Under the pieces are notes generated by a model, which ran no database searches, was not told where the DNA came from, and saw only the letters and a list, made by a program, of their open reading frames with translations. From the sequence record PZ154895.1: 64,000 bases of DNA; one strand, 5' to 3'. A program made the translations under genes and the position numbers. The DNA comes from a phage. This document shows positions 11,374 to 19,954 of this stretch, one piece after another. Position 1 is the first letter of the stretch; each line of letters starts with the position of its first letter.

Positions 11374-11448
11374 GGATGTGTAGCTCAATGGCAGAGCGAT
11401 CGCCTGTTAAGCGATTGGTTATAGGTTCGAATCCTATCACGTCCGCCA
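11374..11448 (+). tRNA. tRNA-Asn (anticodon GUU)
   Basis: acceptor ggatgtg/cacgtcc, anticodon stem atcgc/gcgat, loop ctGTTaa, T-arm GGTTCGAATCC. Confidence 0.75.
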
Positions 11449-11452
11449 AATC

Positions 11453-11528
11453 CGAGGCATAGCTCAGAAGGAAGAGCAAGGACCTTCTAAGTCCTAGGTC
11501 GTAGGTTCGATCCCTACTGCCTCGACCA
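11453..11528 (+). tRNA. tRNA-Arg (anticodon UCU)
   Basis: acceptor cgaggca/tgcctcg, D-arm AGCTCAGAAGGAAGAGC, anticodon stem aggac/gtcct, loop ctTCTaa. Confidence 0.85.
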
Positions 11529-11544
11529 ATTAAGTGAGGAAAAT

Positions 11545-11895
11545 ATGAAAGGTAATGTTTATTTAGTAGTTCATGATTTAACATTCTATTTTAATCACAA
11601 TGACACTGTTATTTCTGAACGTGTAATTAATTTGCTTTATCAGCATGCAGATTATGTTTATGTCGAAAACGAATATGGTCATTGGCAATTTCTCAAAAAT
11701 CGTTCATTTGGTTTAGATGGTTACGAATACTTTGAACGTAAAGACCTTTTAGATAAAATTCCGTTATCTACACAATATCAAAATCATAAGTCTTTACATA
11801 AATGCCGTCAAATTCGAAATGCTGAATCTGCGTATGAAGCAATTGATTTATGGCGTAAACGCCGTGAACAGATTGATGCTTTAAAAGAATACTAA
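11545..11895 (+). CDS. hypothetical protein
   Basis: 116 aa ORF directly after tRNA-Arg with SD GAGGAAAAT. Confidence 0.55.
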   Translation: MKGNVYLVVHDLTFYFNHNDTVISERVINLLYQHADYVYVENEYGHWQFLKNRSFGLDGYEYFERKDLLDKIPLSTQYQNHKSLHKCRQIRNAESAYEAIDLWRKRREQIDALKEY

Positions 11896-12234
11896 GAAAC
11901 CGGGTAGCTACCGGTAAGTCGTCGGACTGATGTTCCCTGCGTAAGGACTGGTCTTAATAAATCTTTACGATTTGTTAATATCCCCTTACATCACAGCAGA
12001 AACGGCGCACCGAATTATCGATTCGAGGAAATATCTTTGCCGTAAGCCGAGTAGCGTTTTTGACGGAACGTTCGGATATGGTCGAGATATGGCCTTTTAA
12101 AAATATTGAGTAGCGTCAACTGCTTAATAACCGGGTTCGAATCCCGGCGTTTCGTACAAACACTTGCCTTAGCAGGTGGAACCCCGACAAGGTTGCCGCA
12201 AGGCTTAGCCCCAACCGAAAGGTTGGGGCTTTTT
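11896..12234 (+). ncRNA. candidate stable structured RNA(s), by position analogous to T4 species 1/2 RNAs; ends in terminator
   Basis: 339 nt with no ORF of 60 aa or more; perfect T-arm-like hairpin ccggg-TTCGAAT-cccgg at 12131-12147; palindrome ccgggtagctaccgg at 11899-11915; terminator at 12207-12234. Confidence 0.35.
12207..12234 (+). terminator. rho-independent terminator
   Basis: hairpin agcccca-accgaaaggt-tggggct followed by TTTT. Confidence 0.7.
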
Positions 12235-12284
12235 AGTATAAATATAGTAGTATATTAAATCTACGAATTAAAACAGGAAATAAG

Positions 12285-12758
12285 ATGAAATCATATGCTC
12301 AATTTTTAAATGAAGCGGTGTTAAATGAAGCATCTAGCACCGAAATTCAAGCTGTCGCAAAAGCAGCCATTGCAGCGGGTAAATATTCCTATAAAGATGC
12401 TTCTGACGAATCACGATTCCAATTTGCTCGCGACATGAAAGCAGAAGGATTTACGGGAAATGCGGTTAGTATGGCCTGGAAAAGTTTAGTTGCTACTGGT
12501 GCTGCTTTTGCAAAGGCTTCGGGTAAACCTGCTCCTAAAGCAGATCCTAAAGCTACACAAGAAAAAAATATTGTTAAAGGAATTATCGCTAAGTATGAAG
12601 CTATCCTTAAAGAGCTTTTAGTAATCAAAACCGAAGGCCAAAAGTTAGCCCGTGCCTATAGTTTCAAAGATAATCCACATGTTCACTCTCTTGAGTATGT
12701 TGAAGACATCCAAAAAATTATTAAAGACCGCATTTGGTCTGCTAAACAAATCAAATAA
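12285..12758 (+). CDS. internal protein-like (CTS MKSYAQFLNE-A), Ala/Lys-rich
   Basis: 157 aa; N-terminus resembles T4 internal-protein capsid targeting sequence; followed by terminator. Confidence 0.55.
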   Translation: MKSYAQFLNEAVLNEASSTEIQAVAKAAIAAGKYSYKDASDESRFQFARDMKAEGFTGNAVSMAWKSLVATGAAFAKASGKPAPKADPKATQEKNIVKGIIAKYEAILKELLVIKTEGQKLARAYSFKDNPHVHSLEYVEDIQKIIKDRIWSAKQIK

Positions 12759-12766
12759 CATTCTTA

Positions 12767-12793
12767 ACCCCGACCAAAAGGTTGGGGCTTTTT
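12767..12793 (+). terminator. rho-independent terminator (paralog of 12207 hairpin)
   Basis: ccccgacc-aaaa-ggttgggg followed by CTTTTT. Confidence 0.7.
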
Positions 12794-12914
12794 GGTATCT
12801 AGGCCTTTCCGCGCCTCTCTAGGCATCATTTAGTTTATACACTTTATAATATATTATCCTATCCTTTAATTGCCCATCCCTTCCCTAGAATTCCCTAAAA
12901 CTTTTAAAAAAAAA

Positions 12915-12973
12915 TTTTTCACAAAACTGTTTACATCTCTGTTCTTCCGTGGTACTATACAACTATCAACTAC
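12915..12973 (+). repeat. repeated promoter/leader cassette, copy A1
   Basis: about 58 nt near-identical to 56437-56494 (ttcacaaaactgtttacatc...ggtactatacaactatcaact). Confidence 0.75.
12929..12958 (+). promoter_or_regulatory. early promoter GTTTACA-N17-TACTAT
   Basis: A/T-rich upstream element, -35 12929-12935, -10 12953-12958. Confidence 0.6.
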
Positions 12974-13001
12974 TGATACAGAAAACAACTTGGAGAATGA
13001 A

Positions 13002-13265
13002 ATGGATAATTACGGCGAACTGTTCAACTTCTTTATGAAATGTGTTTCAGAAGATTTCGGTCGTACAGTGAATGATATTAAAGTTATCGGTCCTGACCAT
13101 CCGATGTTTGAAACTTACGCAGTAATGGGTAATGAAGACGGTCAGTGGTATACTGTAAAGGTTGTGATTAACATGTTCACAGCAGAAGGTTATGATAAAC
13201 TGTCTTCTAAAGTTTATCATGATAACGACGAAATCGCAGAAGAATATTTCAATAATATGAAATAA
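13002..13265 (+). CDS. hypothetical protein
   Basis: 87 aa from ATG 13002 (SD GGAG); ORF-track N-terminal extension lies in the repeated promoter cassette. Confidence 0.55.
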   Translation: MDNYGELFNFFMKCVSEDFGRTVNDIKVIGPDHPMFETYAVMGNEDGQWYTVKVVINMFTAEGYDKLSSKVYHDNDEIAEEYFNNMK

Positions 13266-13302
13266 GTTTACACAGGCTCATGATTGAGATATTATGAGCC
13301 TG
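13266..13302 (+). promoter_or_regulatory. early promoter with stem-loop (PeSL-like)
   Basis: -35 GTTTACA at 13266-13272, -10 TATTAT at 13290-13295; 9-bp inverted repeat caggctcat/atgagcctg. Confidence 0.6.
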
Positions 13303-13320
13303 TAATTTGAGGAGAACATT

Positions 13321-13656
13321 ATGAAACGTAACTTTAGTAAAGCTTTTTGTAATCGAAATTATTATCCCGAAGAGCTTTTTGAATCTAAGGAATTTAAAGA
13401 GTTTAACGAACGTTCTCAAAACATGCCTGTGCAGTGGGTATTGGATTATGCCAATCGTATCTTTGAAGGCGTGCGGGATATTTGTCCTGATGATGAAGCT
13501 CCTTATTTTAAAAAGGCTTGGGAACTTGCTAACCAAGCATATATCAATGCTTTAGAATTTTCTAAAGGCACTGACGATGATTTTACTTTATTGGCTATCA
13601 ATGATGCCGTTATCGAAGCCATTGACATCTTTATCGATGAGCTAGACGAAGAATAA
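13321..13656 (+). CDS. hypothetical acidic protein
   Basis: 111 aa ORF, SD GAGGAG, early promoter upstream. Confidence 0.55.
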   Translation: MKRNFSKAFCNRNYYPEELFESKEFKEFNERSQNMPVQWVLDYANRIFEGVRDICPDDEAPYFKKAWELANQAYINALEFSKGTDDDFTLLAINDAVIEAIDIFIDELDEE

Positions 13657-13686
13657 GTTTACAATCTATTAGAAACGTGATATTAT
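13657..13686 (+). promoter_or_regulatory. early promoter GTTTACA-N17-TATTAT
   Basis: -35 at 13657-13663, -10 at 13681-13686. Confidence 0.55.
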
Positions 13687-13713
13687 CTAATTATATCAAC
13701 CTAAGGAAATACT

Positions 13714-14307
13714 ATGAACACACTGAAGAAAATTGTTGAGTTTATTCGCACTAAACTTGGTTCTGCTATGGCTAAAAATTTATCTGTTGAAGAACAGTAT
13801 ACTGCTGCAGCAGCAAAACTACTTGATAAAATTAAAGACCTAAAAACTGCTTCTGTTAAATCTATTAATGAAGAAAAACGTATTCGTGAACTTGTTGTTG
13901 AAAAGAATCGACAGGCCGAATCAAAAGAGCGTGAAATTCGTAAACTTCTTTCCGAAGGTCAAGATGTAACAATGCATGCTAAACTTGGTTTACTATATCG
14001 TCGAACAGCTGAGCAGTTGACTACTAAAGCTGACGGTTATGCTGAAATGCGAATTGAAATCGCCAAGAAAGTAGTTGAGTTAGATGATGCTCGCCAAGAA
14101 CTTGCAGTTAAATTGGAATATATCCGTGAAACTCGTGCAGCAAATGCCCTTGGAATTAGTACTGCCGATGATGTAGTTGAAATCGCAGCGCTGACTAAGG
14201 TTGATATTGAAGATACCCTTGCTCGAGTTGAAACCTTTAACGGTAATATTTCCGGGGTTGAAACTACCTCTGCCGATGTCCAGGAATATATTAATTCTCT
14301 GAAATAA
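13714..14307 (+). CDS. coiled-coil protein of unknown function
   Basis: 197 aa, heptad-rich Lys/Glu sequence throughout. Confidence 0.55.
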   Translation: MNTLKKIVEFIRTKLGSAMAKNLSVEEQYTAAAAKLLDKIKDLKTASVKSINEEKRIRELVVEKNRQAESKEREIRKLLSEGQDVTMHAKLGLLYRRTAEQLTTKADGYAEMRIEIAKKVVELDDARQELAVKLEYIRETRAANALGISTADDVVEIAALTKVDIEDTLARVETFNGNISGVETTSADVQEYINSLK

Positions 14308-14348
14308 TGATAAGGGGCTTCGGCCCCTATTACTTGGAGTAAATAGGA

Positions 14349-14957
14349 ATGAAAATGCAAAGTGATTTCAATTCAATGTTTGAAGAGTTCCAAAGACAGG
14401 TTGATGTTCCAGATCAATTATTAAATGCTCTTAAACGTATGGCAGAAGGACGTAATTACTATTGGGGGTCTTCATATGAAACTGATGAAAGTCTTTCTGG
14501 AAGATTTTCTAGAGGTAAAAAGTCTTTAATACGTCCTGGAATACTTATTAACAGTATTGAATCAATTCATTCATTGACGTGTGATTTTGATGTTGAATTT
14601 ACTGATTTCATTTCTCCTGAATGGACAGTATGTTATTTAAACGACGATTTTGATTATCTCGGTGTTTATAGTTTAAGTGACGCATGGTTTAAACGTAACT
14701 TACAAAAGTCAAATTTATTCTATATTGATACTACAGTAAAATTTCAGGGAAAGAAATATTTCTTTACTCTTATAGTTGATTCTGAAACGAAACATGAAAA
14801 TAAACGTATTCTTAGTAAAAGGAATATCTTGAATATTGTTGATGATCTTTTTGATAAATTCGTGGAAAATCCTAGTTTTGAAAGCGATTTATTACTAGAA
14901 AAATTTGTTAAGGAATGTAGAGAATATGTCAAAGCCATCACTATACCTTCCAAGTAA
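14349..14957 (+). CDS. hypothetical protein
   Basis: 202 aa ORF after UUCG hairpin at 14313-14328. Confidence 0.5.
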   Translation: MKMQSDFNSMFEEFQRQVDVPDQLLNALKRMAEGRNYYWGSSYETDESLSGRFSRGKKSLIRPGILINSIESIHSLTCDFDVEFTDFISPEWTVCYLNDDFDYLGVYSLSDAWFKRNLQKSNLFYIDTTVKFQGKKYFFTLIVDSETKHENKRILSKRNILNIVDDLFDKFVENPSFESDLLLEKFVKECREYVKAITIPSK

Positions 14958-15318
14958 ACCTTTGAAGTATGAATTAAAGCGCCAGCTAATTTCTACTGAT
15001 GTATTAATAGGTCCTGTTATACTCATATCATTTGTAATTCTATTGATTATTGGAGGTGTTTTAGATGTTATGACTGATATTGATTCTGGCGAAATACTTG
15101 TGTTAATGCTAATTCTTCCATTAATAGTTCCACTTTTATTAGTACCTGTAAATTGGATAGGATATTGGTATCAAGGAAGACATTATCGTAAACGTGTACG
15201 TGATTGGAAAGCACAGTGTAAAAAGATTAAAAAGGAACACCAGCTTAAACTTGCTGAGTATGAATTTAATGAAATTATGAAATTTGTTAAGGAATCACGA
15301 TGCAAAAGCCAAAACTAA
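14926..15318 (+). CDS. membrane protein (family of three tandem paralogs)
   Basis: hydrophobic helices; C-terminal tail ..KFVKESRCK similar to the next two ORFs; start chosen at ATG 14926. Confidence 0.5.
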   Translation: MSKPSLYLPSKPLKYELKRQLISTDVLIGPVILISFVILLIIGGVLDVMTDIDSGEILVLMLILPLIVPLLLVPVNWIGYWYQGRHYRKRVRDWKAQCKKIKKEHQLKLAEYEFNEIMKFVKESRCKSQN

Positions 15319-15662
15319 ATAAAGTCAAATATTCGTTCCCCGAGGCACTATTAATTCTTGCTGTGTCAGTATTTGCAGCTCTTGCTGGTAGTCTTATTGG
15401 ATTGTTAATTGACTGTATTATTTTAAACATCGATGGTTCAGCAATTATAACAGAGGTTTGGAGTGAACTTCGTTTTACTATAGCGATTACATTATTTTCA
15501 TTCTTTGGTACCATGCTATATTTTCATTATGATAATTTTAAAATAAATTGGCAAAGAAAAAAGGATTACAAAATACAATTAAAGGAATATAATAACTACA
15601 TGTCTTATATTGAAAAAGAATCAATGGAAGAGTTTGTGAGTGATTGTAGGAAAATTAAATGA
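15300..15662 (+). CDS. membrane protein (paralog family)
   Basis: 120 aa, two TM helices, C-terminal ..EFVSDCRKIK. Confidence 0.5.
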   Translation: MQKPKLNKVKYSFPEALLILAVSVFAALAGSLIGLLIDCIILNIDGSAIITEVWSELRFTIAITLFSFFGTMLYFHYDNFKINWQRKKDYKIQLKEYNNYMSYIEKESMEEFVSDCRKIK

Positions 15663-16147
15663 TTTTAAAAACTCGTTGGTATGATTTAGATGATGGGGAC
15701 GATGGCATTTCAGTTGATAGAGTTGACTGGAATGGCTGTTCCGAAGATATGAAAAATTTGCTGATTAGGGAGTTTAGAATGGGATATCAACCAGTTAAGC
15801 CATCTACTGCAACAGATGATAAATTCGTGTGTATTCATAATGGTCGCGCTAAATTAACGAACGCTGATTGGTTCACAGATAAGATTATGATTCTGTGGTA
15901 TATTATTAGTTTTCCTGTGACATCATTTGTATTTTGCTTCTTTGGAGAAAGTCCAGTAGGCAGAACGGGAGATTGGATTCTTTTAATCATACTTGTTAAT
16001 ATTTTTACAGCAGCAGTACTATCAGGAATATGGTGCGTGTTCATTGAAATGCCATGGCGTTTACGTAGGCAGCAAAAGATTTTTGATGAAAAGAAATATA
16101 CTCAAAATTTAAATAATTTTATCACCGAATGCAGGAAATTAAAATGA
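15659..16147 (+). CDS. membrane protein (paralog family)
   Basis: 162 aa, two TM helices, C-terminal ..NFITECRKLK. Confidence 0.5.
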   Translation: MILKTRWYDLDDGDDGISVDRVDWNGCSEDMKNLLIREFRMGYQPVKPSTATDDKFVCIHNGRAKLTNADWFTDKIMILWYIISFPVTSFVFCFFGESPVGRTGDWILLIILVNIFTAAVLSGIWCVFIEMPWRLRRQQKIFDEKKYTQNLNNFITECRKLK

Positions 16148-16584
16148 AAACATTATCAGCTGGTATTATCTTTATGACAGAAGATAAAGATTTATTCATG
16201 GGACGGGTTACTGGTTCTCGTAAGCCTGGAATGATGGCACATCGCTGGGATATTCCAAAAGGCCGTGTAGAAAATTCTGATTTGAGCGCACTAGATGCAG
16301 CACGAAGAGAATGCTTAGAAGAGACCGGTTTTAGCAATTATAATCCAGACCTTCTAGAAGACCTAGGTGTATTTAAATATTCTAGTAATAAAGACTTACA
16401 GTTGTTTTATTATACGATTCCAGTAGAGCATGAGATGTTTAGAAATTGCCATTGTGAGTCTTATTTTGAAAATAAAGATGGCGTTATGATTCCAGAAATG
16501 GATGCTTTTGCTCTTATTCCTCGTACTCAGTGGCAATATGTGATGGGTCCTTCACTTTACCGAATAATGAACAGCCTCTTTTAA
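16144..16584 (+). CDS. nudE: Nudix hydrolase NudE
   Basis: Nudix box (RECLEETGF); immediately upstream of lysozyme gene as T4 e.1/nudE; ATGA-coupled start at 16144. Confidence 0.8.
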   Translation: MKTLSAGIIFMTEDKDLFMGRVTGSRKPGMMAHRWDIPKGRVENSDLSALDAARRECLEETGFSNYNPDLLEDLGVFKYSSNKDLQLFYYTIPVEHEMFRNCHCESYFENKDGVMIPEMDAFALIPRTQWQYVMGPSLYRIMNSLF

Positions 16585-16586
16585 TT

Positions 16587-16607
16587 TATAAATACCTTCT
16601 ATAAATA
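16587..16607 (+). promoter_or_regulatory. two tandem late promoters TATAAATA upstream of e
   Basis: TATAAATA at 16587-16594 and 16600-16607, then SD AGGAGG. Confidence 0.65.
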
Positions 16608-16620
16608 CTTAGGAGGTATT

Positions 16621-17109
16621 ATGAATATATTTGAAATGTTACGTATAGATGAAGGTCTTAGACTGACTTTATACAAAGACACTGAAGGCTTTTGGACGAT
16701 TGGCATAGGCCATTTAGTAACAAAGAACCCGTCTTTAGCCGTAGCTAAAGCTGAACTTGACAGAATGATCGGACGTAAATGCAACGGTACAATTACCCTT
16801 GATGAGGCTGAAAAGCTATTTAATGAAGACGTTGATAAAGCCGTTCGCGGAATCTTGGGTAATGCTAAACTTAAACCGGTATATGATTCTTTAGATGCAG
16901 TTCGTCGATGTGCGTTGGTCAATATGGTCTTCCAAATGGGCGTAGCAGGCGTCGCTGGTTTTACTAATTCTCTTCGTATGCTTCAACAGAAACGTTGGGA
17001 CGAAGCGGCAGTAAATCTAGCCCAATCTAAATGGTATCGTCAGACACCTAATCGCGCGAAACGCGTAATCTCAACATTTAAAACAGGAACTTGGAAAGCG
17101 TATATATGA
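16621..17109 (+). CDS. e: endolysin (T4 lysozyme)
   Basis: 162 aa beginning [15 protein letters not shown]; near-identical to T4 lysozyme as recalled; two late promoters upstream. Confidence 0.97.
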   Translation: MNIFEMLRIDEGLRLTLYKDTEGFWTIGIGHLVTKNPSLAVAKAELDRMIGRKCNGTITLDEAEKLFNEDVDKAVRGILGNAKLKPVYDSLDAVRRCALVNMVFQMGVAGVAGFTNSLRMLQQKRWDEAAVNLAQSKWYRQTPNRAKRVISTFKTGTWKAYI

Positions 17110-17387
17110 AAACATATAGTGAATTTTTATCAGAATCTATTCTTAACGAAGCTACTGACACATTTGCAACTAAGTTAGGTGCAGCTTTGGTTGAAGCCGA
17201 AAGTCTATTAGCACGTATTTCTGAACTTGCTAGTAAGATAGATACTCGCAAATTTGAACGTACCAGCGATATCGTTAAGCTTGAAGCCTTGTTGCGTATG
17301 TGCGATAAACCAGAAGAAATCGCTAAGAACGGCTCGCTAATGAAACAACGTCTTGAAAAATATATTTCAGGCGCTTCAGAAAAATAG
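17106..17387 (+). CDS. internal protein-like ([17 protein letters not shown])
   Basis: 93 aa; paralog of ORF 8824-9081 (shared ..[13 protein letters not shown]..). Confidence 0.55.
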   Translation: MKTYSEFLSESILNEATDTFATKLGAALVEAESLLARISELASKIDTRKFERTSDIVKLEALLRMCDKPEEIAKNGSLMKQRLEKYISGASEK

Positions 17388-17388
17388 T

Positions 17389-17442
17389 GTTTACTTCCTC
17401 CAAGGACTTTGATACTATACATTCATCAACTACTTGGAGGAA
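17389..17442 (+). promoter_or_regulatory. early promoter with stem-loop (PeSL-like) upstream of denV
   Basis: -35 GTTTACT, -10 TACTAT at 17413-17418; 10-bp inverted repeat ttcctccaag (17394-17403) / cttggaggaa (17433-17442) that includes the SD. Confidence 0.6.
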
Positions 17443-17445
17443 GTT

Positions 17446-17862
17446 ATGACTCGTATCAATTTAACACTTGTTTCTGAACTGACCGACCAACATCTTATGG
17501 CTGAGTATCGTGAATTGCCGCGTGTTTTTGGTATAGTTCGTAAACATGCGGCAAATGGTAAGCGGGTTAAAGATTTTAAAATATCTTCCGAGTTTATTTT
17601 AGGCTCTGGTCATGTTACGTTCTTTTACGATAAGTTAGAATTTTTGCGAAAGCGCCAATCAGACATTATAACGGAATGCTTAAAACGTGGGTTTAGTATA
17701 AAAGATACTGAAGTTCCTGACATCAGCGATATTCCAGCAGAATGGAAAAACGATTATAATCCATGCAAATCAGCTATTAAATTGAGTCAACAACGACTCG
17801 ATGAAAAAATTTTAATGAAGCCACACTGGTACAAGTATTACGGCAAAAATATTTACATTTAA
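17446..17862 (+). CDS. denV: endonuclease V (pyrimidine dimer DNA glycosylase)
   Basis: 138 aa beginning [23 protein letters not shown]; matches T4 DenV as recalled. Confidence 0.92.
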   Translation: MTRINLTLVSELTDQHLMAEYRELPRVFGIVRKHAANGKRVKDFKISSEFILGSGHVTFFYDKLEFLRKRQSDIITECLKRGFSIKDTEVPDISDIPAEWKNDYNPCKSAIKLSQQRLDEKILMKPHWYKYYGKNIYI

Positions 17863-17871
17863 AGGAAACAT

Positions 17872-18345
17872 ATGAAAACATATCAAGAATTTATCACTGA
17901 AGCAGCTATTAATTCTCAAATTATTGCTGAATCTTTTACTGATCTTTTGAAATTTAAAAAAGGACAGAAAATTACTGCTGTATTAGATGATGGTACAGAA
18001 GTTGAGATGGATGTACAAGGATATAATTATGCAGTAGATGGAAAACTGTATAATAAATCTCATGCTAAATTTGATTCATTTGACGACTTTGTTAATACAG
18101 TTGAAGATGAAAAAACTCGTAGATCCATTGCAACTGGCGATGCTAAGGTTCTTATGGCACACGGTCATGAACGTATTCGCGCTAAACAGAATAAAATGGG
18201 CGAAGATAATTTCGCATTAGTTGGTTATCAATCTGGTAAGCAAACTTATGGCTATCAGCGTACTGCTACCATGTATAATAAAAATGGTAAAATCGCTTTC
18301 GTGAATAGCAAAGGCTCTATTCAGTACGTCAAATCATTCAAATAA
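17872..18345 (+). CDS. internal protein-like (CTS MKTYQEFITE-A)
   Basis: 157 aa; N-terminal 10 residues match the T4 IPIII-type capsid targeting sequence. Confidence 0.6.
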   Translation: MKTYQEFITEAAINSQIIAESFTDLLKFKKGQKITAVLDDGTEVEMDVQGYNYAVDGKLYNKSHAKFDSFDDFVNTVEDEKTRRSIATGDAKVLMAHGHERIRAKQNKMGEDNFALVGYQSGKQTYGYQRTATMYNKNGKIAFVNSKGSIQYVKSFK

Positions 18346-18498
18346 GCAAATAAGAAATATGGGAACAAGCTGGACCTCATGATTCTATGAGGGATTCCCG
18401 CCAACCTGTAATAAGGTCGAGCCCAAGTGCGGTAATGGGTAAATACAGAAATGGACAATTCATGCGCCATGGAATGGCCCAAATTTAGAGAGAATAAA

Positions 18499-19038
18499 AT
18501 GAGAACATTTTTAACTGGTCCTTATCTATCCCTGATGAATGCTTTTACACACCATTCTGATGCTAGAGTAGAAGAAATTTGTAAAAACGATTATATCCCA
18601 CCATTTGAAGACTTACTTAAGCAGTATTGCACACTTCGTTTAGATGGTGGCAGACAATCCGGTAAATCAACTGCTGTGACTAACTTTGCTGCTAATTGGC
18701 TGTATGATGGTGGAACAGTTATTGTTCTTTCTAATACTTCAGCTTACGCTAAAATTTCTGCGGGCCACATTAAAAAAGAATTTTCTCGTTATTCTGGCGA
18801 TGATATTCGATTCCGCTTATTTACCGATTCTGTCCGTAGTTTTATTGGCAATAAAGGAAGCAAGTTCAGAGGTTTATCGCTTTCTCGAATTTTGTATATA
18901 ATCGATGAGCCTGTTAAATCTCCTGATATGGATAAAATTTACGATATTCATATTGAAACTGTGCAACACTGCTGCAATAGTAAATGCTGTACTGGTGGTA
19001 TTACTCGTCCACAGTTTTTCGTAATCGGAATGCAATGA
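18499..19038 (+). CDS. small P-loop NTPase-like protein
   Basis: Walker A GGRQSGKST, Walker B-like ILYIIDE; start taken at ATG 18499 with SD. Confidence 0.5.
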   Translation: MRTFLTGPYLSLMNAFTHHSDARVEEICKNDYIPPFEDLLKQYCTLRLDGGRQSGKSTAVTNFAANWLYDGGTVIVLSNTSAYAKISAGHIKKEFSRYSGDDIRFRLFTDSVRSFIGNKGSKFRGLSLSRILYIIDEPVKSPDMDKIYDIHIETVQHCCNSKCCTGGITRPQFFVIGMQ

Positions 19039-19364
19039 TGACAGATACGCAACTTTTCGAATATCTTTATTTTTCGCCAAAAACTATTAAAAATAAATTG
19101 GTGAATCATTTTGAAATTTTGGCAAATAACAACGTCTTGAGCGAATTTTATCCTAAGCAATACAAATTACAAAAAGGCGTATTCAAAGGATGCAGAGTTT
19201 TGTGCACTGCTCCTAATGCAAAGTTAATGAATAAAATTCCATATTTTACCATGGAATTTATTGATGGACCTTTTAAAGGACTAATTACCCAAAGTTTAAT
19301 GGCATATGATTCTGAGCCATTTTTAATTAAAGAGCAATCTTGGATAAATTTATTTTCTAATTGA
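19035..19364 (+). CDS. hypothetical protein
   Basis: 109 aa, ATGA coupling with upstream gene. Confidence 0.5.
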   Translation: MMTDTQLFEYLYFSPKTIKNKLVNHFEILANNNVLSEFYPKQYKLQKGVFKGCRVLCTAPNAKLMNKIPYFTMEFIDGPFKGLITQSLMAYDSEPFLIKEQSWINLFSN

Positions 19365-19370
19365 GGTTAT

Positions 19371-19733
19371 ATGAAAGCATATCAAATTCTTGAAGGCACA
19401 CATAAAGGTACTATTTATTTTGAAGACGGTATTCAAGCACGAATTATTGTCTCTAAAACTTTTAAAGAGGACTCTTTTGTAGACCCGGAAATTTTCTACG
19501 GTTTGCATGCCCGTGAAATTGAAATTGAAACACAACCTACAGTTAAAATTGAAGGTGGTCAACACTTGAACGTTAACGTTCTGCGTCGCGAAACTCTGGA
19601 AGATGCAGTTAAGCATCCGGAAAAATATCCGCAGCTGACCATCCGTGTATCAGGTTATGCAGTTCGCTTTAACTCTCTGACTCCGGAACAGCAGCGCGAC
19701 GTTATTGCTCGTACCTTTACTGAGAGTTTGTAA
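19371..19733 (+). CDS. autonomous glycyl radical cofactor (GrcA/YfiD-like)
   Basis: 120 aa; C-terminal glycyl radical motif RVSGYAVRF, same class as T4 Y06I. Confidence 0.75.
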   Translation: MKAYQILEGTHKGTIYFEDGIQARIIVSKTFKEDSFVDPEIFYGLHAREIEIETQPTVKIEGGQHLNVNVLRRETLEDAVKHPEKYPQLTIRVSGYAVRFNSLTPEQQRDVIARTFTESL

Positions 19734-19954
19734 TGGCAAAGATAATTATTGAAGGTTCTAAAGATGTGCTAAATGCTTTCGCCGAATGGTTTAGTAATTC
19801 AGGCGAGCAGCAATTTAATGAAGCGTGGACCATGGGTGATATTGATGGAATTTATCCTACGACAGAAATTTCTGTTCAAGGATATGGCATTCATGAACCT
19901 ATTCGTTTAGTTGAATATGATTTATGTACTGGTGAGGAAGTAAAATATGATTGA
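19733..19954 (+). CDS. hypothetical protein
   Basis: 73 aa ORF in vs.x region. Confidence 0.45.
   Translation: MAKIIIEGSKDVLNAFAEWFSNSGEQQFNEAWTMGDIDGIYPTTEISVQGYGIHEPIRLVEYDLCTGEEVKYD

Noticed and set aside
11357-11584. 75 aa minus-strand ORF
   Set aside because: It overlaps tRNA-Tyr-like, tRNA-Asn and tRNA-Arg and is antisense to them; no start context.
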